A model generated the notes under the pieces. It ran no database searches. It saw only the letters and a program-made list of their open reading frames with translations, and had not been told where the DNA came from. Below are positions 56,564 through 59,636 of a stretch of DNA of 59,636 bases, piece by piece. Source of the DNA: Candidatus Micrarchaeota archaeon (lineage in GTDB: Archaea; Micrarchaeota; Micrarchaeia; Burarchaeales; JAKAKT01). The stretch spans positions 1 to 59,636 of the forward strand of contig JAKAKT010000100.1 in NCBI GenBank assembly GCA_021813385.1, read 5' to 3'. The position numbers and the translations under genes are program-made. Position 1 is the first letter of the stretch. Each line of letters opens with the position of its first letter.

Positions 56564-57594
56564 CAGCCGAGAAGATTCGAGTAGAATGTTTTCATCTTTT
56601 TCGCAATAATCGGCCAATCGTGGCCTTCAGAGCTCTTGAGGGCGTTTTTCGAAAGCAATCCAAGGAATTTCCTGTCATCCAAAAGCATTTTTGCACTCGA
56701 GCGAAGGGCTTCAGGCGTATTCTCTATCACGAGCCCATTGCCCCGGTTTTCCACAAAGTCAAGGGGTCCTCCCGCCATCTTATAAACAACCACCGGCTTT
56801 CCGAGCGCGAGCGCCTCGACCCCGACAATCCCGAACGGCTCGTATTTGGAAGGGAAAAGAAACACTTTTGAAGATTTTATCGCGCTCAGGACAACACGTC
56901 TGCTCGGGGCAACAATGCACTTTATCCCGCCCTTCCTGCATAGCTCCCGGACTTTTCTCTCAACAGCCTTCTCGCCATACCCCATAAGCATCACGTCCAG
57001 CCCTGTGCCCGAGAAGGCATTAATGAAGTCAAAAACCCCTTTCTGCTCGCTGAACCGGCCGACCATTATGGCATCGGAACGAAGGTCGTCCCGTTCAACC
57101 GCTTTCCTTATCTCCCCAAGGGGAACCCCATTCCCGATAACAGCCTTAACAGGAACGCCCCCCTGTTCAGCCTCATCCTTGATTTTTTTGCTGACAGCTA
57201 CAGTGTTGCCTATTCTCCTCAATGCGGTCTTGTACGGGGCAGCCATAACCATGCTCAAGGCCTTCATCCTGGGGGTAGTCTCAAACTCGTGGTGATAGAA
57301 TGCGTGGATTGTCGAAACAGCCTTGCCCTTAAACCTGCCGAGATTATAAAAAAGCGAGAATGTCGTGGCAGTTGAATGGAAATGGACGAGGTCTGCTTTG
57401 CTCTCGCGGAAGCACTTCCCAAGATTAAAAAGGCTGATTCGCCTTATCCCGCCAGCGTCTTCCCCCACTTTCCAGCTCCATCGCTCGACATCGATTCCGA
57501 GCTCCTCATAGCATCTCGAGATATGGTAGACATGCTGCTCGACTCCGCCCTCCTTCGGCTCTGGGTGGAAAGGCCCGACAATTGCCACTCGCAT
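56560..57594 (-). CDS. GT4 glycosyltransferase
   Basis: GGVEQH, VGRFSEQKG, PSKYEPFGIVGVEALALGKPVV. Confidence 0.92.
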   Translation of the reverse strand: MRVAIVGPFHPEPKEGGVEQHVYHISRCYEELGIDVERWSWKVGEDAGGIRRISLFNLGKCFRESKADLVHFHSTATTFSLFYNLGRFKGKAVSTIHAFYHHEFETTPRMKALSMVMAAPYKTALRRIGNTVAVSKKIKDEAEQGGVPVKAVIGNGVPLGEIRKAVERDDLRSDAIMVGRFSEQKGVFDFINAFSGTGLDVMLMGYGEKAVERKVRELCRKGGIKCIVAPSRRVVLSAIKSSKVFLFPSKYEPFGIVGVEALALGKPVVVYKMAGGPLDFVENRGNGLVIENTPEALRSSAKMLLDDRKFLGLLSKNALKSSEGHDWPIIAKKMKTFYSNLLGC

Positions 57595-57649
57595 AACCGG
57601 CTTTTCTCACCCAAAATTAAAAAAACAGTTGTTCGCGCAATCGGGCAAA

Positions 57650-58390
57650 CTACAGCCTCTTCTTGAAAATTCCAATGAGCTTCTGCACGCTGTCCGCAAC
57701 AAAATAAGGCAATACCGCGCCCTGCTCTTTTTTTATCAGCCTGACCTCAGGCTCGAACTTCTTTCGCTGCGACATCGTCTTAGAGCCAGGGTGCAGCCTA
57801 AACGCCCCGAGAATGACGCCCGGCAAATAGGCAATCTTGCACCTCTTGGACACCCTTATCAGGAAGTCGTAGTCAATCGCATAGTGGAATCGCTCATCCA
57901 AATACCCGACTTTCCCGAAAACCTCCTTCCTGAAAAATATGGTTTGCTGCGGAATCATCTGGAAATAATTGAGGTTCCTAAAATAACTGAACTCAGCAGT
58001 ATGCCAGATGGCGAGCCCCTTGTCATTCTCGTCTATGAACCGGCAATCCGAATACACCATGTCGACGTCGGGACGGCTCTCCAGATATTCGACAGCGGTT
58101 TTGAATGCCCCCGGCTCGAATGCATCGTCCGAGTTTATCCACCCGATTATGTCCCCCCGGGCATTTCTAAATCCCAAGTTAAGTGCTGCTGAAAGGGGGA
58201 ATCGCTCCCTCTTGGCAACCAATCGGATTTCAGGGTATTTTTTTATTATGCTGACCGTCTCGTCATCCGAGCAGTCGACAATGATGTGCTCGTAATTTGG
58301 GTAATCCTGGTTTTTTACTGAGAGTATCGTCCTTTCGATATACGCCGCCTGGTTGTAGGATGGGGTGACTATGCTTATCATTTTCATCAT
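57650..58390 (-). CDS. GT2 glycosyltransferase
   Basis: ISIVTPSYNQ, GWINSDD, DYDFLIR. Confidence 0.93.
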   Translation of the reverse strand: MMKMISIVTPSYNQAAYIERTILSVKNQDYPNYEHIIVDCSDDETVSIIKKYPEIRLVAKRERFPLSAALNLGFRNARGDIIGWINSDDAFEPGAFKTAVEYLESRPDVDMVYSDCRFIDENDKGLAIWHTAEFSYFRNLNYFQMIPQQTIFFRKEVFGKVGYLDERFHYAIDYDFLIRVSKRCKIAYLPGVILGAFRLHPGSKTMSQRKKFEPEVRLIKKEQGAVLPYFVADSVQKLIGIFKKRL

Positions 58391-58426
58391 CTCACCCGTG
58401 GAATGTACTAAGTTGTTGTTTTTTCA

Positions 58427-59407
58427 TCAGTTCACCCGTTCGTTTTCAAGATATGGGCTGTAGCGGATGAGGCCCAGCTTCCTTTTGAAAAAAACTTCCA
58501 AGTACCCGGACCTGGCAAAATACATTGAGAGGTAGCCAGCTGATTTCACCCCTTCCCACCCGTCCAAAAACGCAAGATAGCGGGCAAGGCCATACAAGAA
58601 ATATACGGGGTATCCAAGGAGGATGAAGAACGTCATCACAAAAAAATTCTTTGATAAGTACTGTGCCTTCTGCCGCCTCTCAATCTGGATGTATACCTCG
58701 TGCTTTCTTCGTATCCTCTCCTCGCCTGGGGTGTAGTAAAGATGGTCATATTCCACGTTCGAGTAAAAGTGCCTTCCTTCTATCCTTGGCGGCTCATGGA
58801 TTATCACATTCCAATTTATTTTGCAGCGTTTCCTGTAAAAGCGCGGCTCCGGATGCGGCCTGTAAAACCCGTATCTGAACCACTTGCCAGGAGCATAAAA
58901 ATGCTTTGATATGAGCCATATGACGTCGTAATCGTCCTGCTTGGCGAGCTTTGGCAGCTCCTGGCGGGCTCCTCCAGTAAGCCGTTCGTCGGCATCTATG
59001 TGCAGTATCCATTCGTAACTTGCGTTGTCGTTCAGCAACGTCCTTTCAATATCGACCCAGCTCTTGCTTCCCTTCCCCTCGCTCTTGAAATTCCTCTCAG
59101 GGTCTTTCAGGGGTATTATCTTGGCTCCAGCCTTCCTCAGAATTTCCGCAGTGTGGTCGCTGCTCTCGTGGTCAATGGCAACTATCTCATCCACGACGCC
59201 CTTCAGGCTGTCAAGCATCCCGGGCAGGTTCTTCTCTTCGTTCTTCACCATAATGCATGCGGATATCCCGGGCTTGGGCTTTCCGGCCACGATGCTGTCA
59301 TTCGTGGTGCCAGCCGCATAATCGTCTCTTTTGGAATTCTCCTCCTGCTGTTCCAGCTGCCGAGCCTTAGGATTGGAAGCATTCAGTTTCATTTTTGTCT
59401 TAGCCAT
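58427..59407 (-). CDS. GT2 glycosyltransferase (beta-1,4-glucosyltransferase-like)
   Basis: CIMVKNEE, DHESSDHT, WILHIDADE, IHE. Confidence 0.88.
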   Translation of the reverse strand: MAKTKMKLNASNPKARQLEQQEENSKRDDYAAGTTNDSIVAGKPKPGISACIMVKNEEKNLPGMLDSLKGVVDEIVAIDHESSDHTAEILRKAGAKIIPLKDPERNFKSEGKGSKSWVDIERTLLNDNASYEWILHIDADERLTGGARQELPKLAKQDDYDVIWLISKHFYAPGKWFRYGFYRPHPEPRFYRKRCKINWNVIIHEPPRIEGRHFYSNVEYDHLYYTPGEERIRRKHEVYIQIERRQKAQYLSKNFFVMTFFILLGYPVYFLYGLARYLAFLDGWEGVKSAGYLSMYFARSGYLEVFFKRKLGLIRYSPYLENERVN

Positions 59408-59411
59408 CGTC

Positions 59412-59636
59412 TCAACCGTGCTTTGACAGGAATTGCTCGAAATTTTCCGCGACATACTCGAGCATCTTGCGCGAAAGGCCCGGGTAGACTCCCACCCAGA
59501 AAGCATTGCTCATAACCATGTCAGAATTCTTGAGGTCGCCGACGATATCGAACTTCTCTCTGAGATAGGCGGGCTGCCTCGCGAGGTTTCCTCCGAAAAG
59601 CATCCTTGTTGCGATTCCCTTCGACTCGAGGTATTC
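59412..59636 (-). CDS. rfbH: C-terminal part of a DegT/DnrJ-family PLP enzyme, RfbH/DdhC-like (truncated by window edge)
   Basis: YLESKGIATRMLFGGNLARQPAY...GDLKNSDMVMSNAFWVGVYPGL. Confidence 0.72.
   Translation of the reverse strand, partial: EYLESKGIATRMLFGGNLARQPAYLREKFDIVGDLKNSDMVMSNAFWVGVYPGLSRKMLEYVAENFEQFLSKHG

Noticed and set aside
1-59636. CRISPR array, rRNA, transposase or integrase
   Set aside because: No regularly spaced repeats, rRNA-like segment or recombinase motifs were seen by eye.
1-59636. Frequent CTCGAG/TCGA words
   Set aside because: Plausibly explained by CTC-GAG (Leu-Glu) and similar codon pairs. Enrichment cannot be claimed without a codon-aware count.

Overview
Archaeal chromosomal window. 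Gene content suggests a DPANN lineage, most like Micrarchaeota; this is an inference and no phylogeny was run. Motility genes are split into three archaellins, arlH, arlC, arlD/E and a class III pilin at 0.2-5.9 kb, and arlI/arlJ at 38-42 kb. Housekeeping genes include an HTH-iscS-iscU-rhodanese operon, polB with a 420-aa LAGLIDADG intein, map, pyrB, pyrI, tmk, pyrG, lysW-lysX, glnA, csl4, rpoL and signal peptidase I. The right edge holds a surface-glycan locus. Two intron-containing tRNAs were read by hand: Glu-UUC (37/38 intron plus a 133-nt 59/60 intron) and Arg-UCG (59/60 intron). Three candidates for new biology stand out. (1) A cluster at 45.4-53.4 kb has two very divergent tubulin/FtsZ-superfamily GTPases, one with a tubulin-like GAGNVWKIG loop and one fused to Ig-like domains, plus two membrane-anchored partners, one sharing the Ig-like domain. 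(2) A LAGLIDADG + HTH + complete tRNA-Arg cassette is nested between a promoter-bearing 5' tRNA-Arg fragment and a duplicated tRNA 3' end. (3) A ~190-nt structured RNA candidate has a perfect T-loop arm and a permuted-tRNA/YrlA-like topology. All protein calls come from motif recognition by eye, not database searches.
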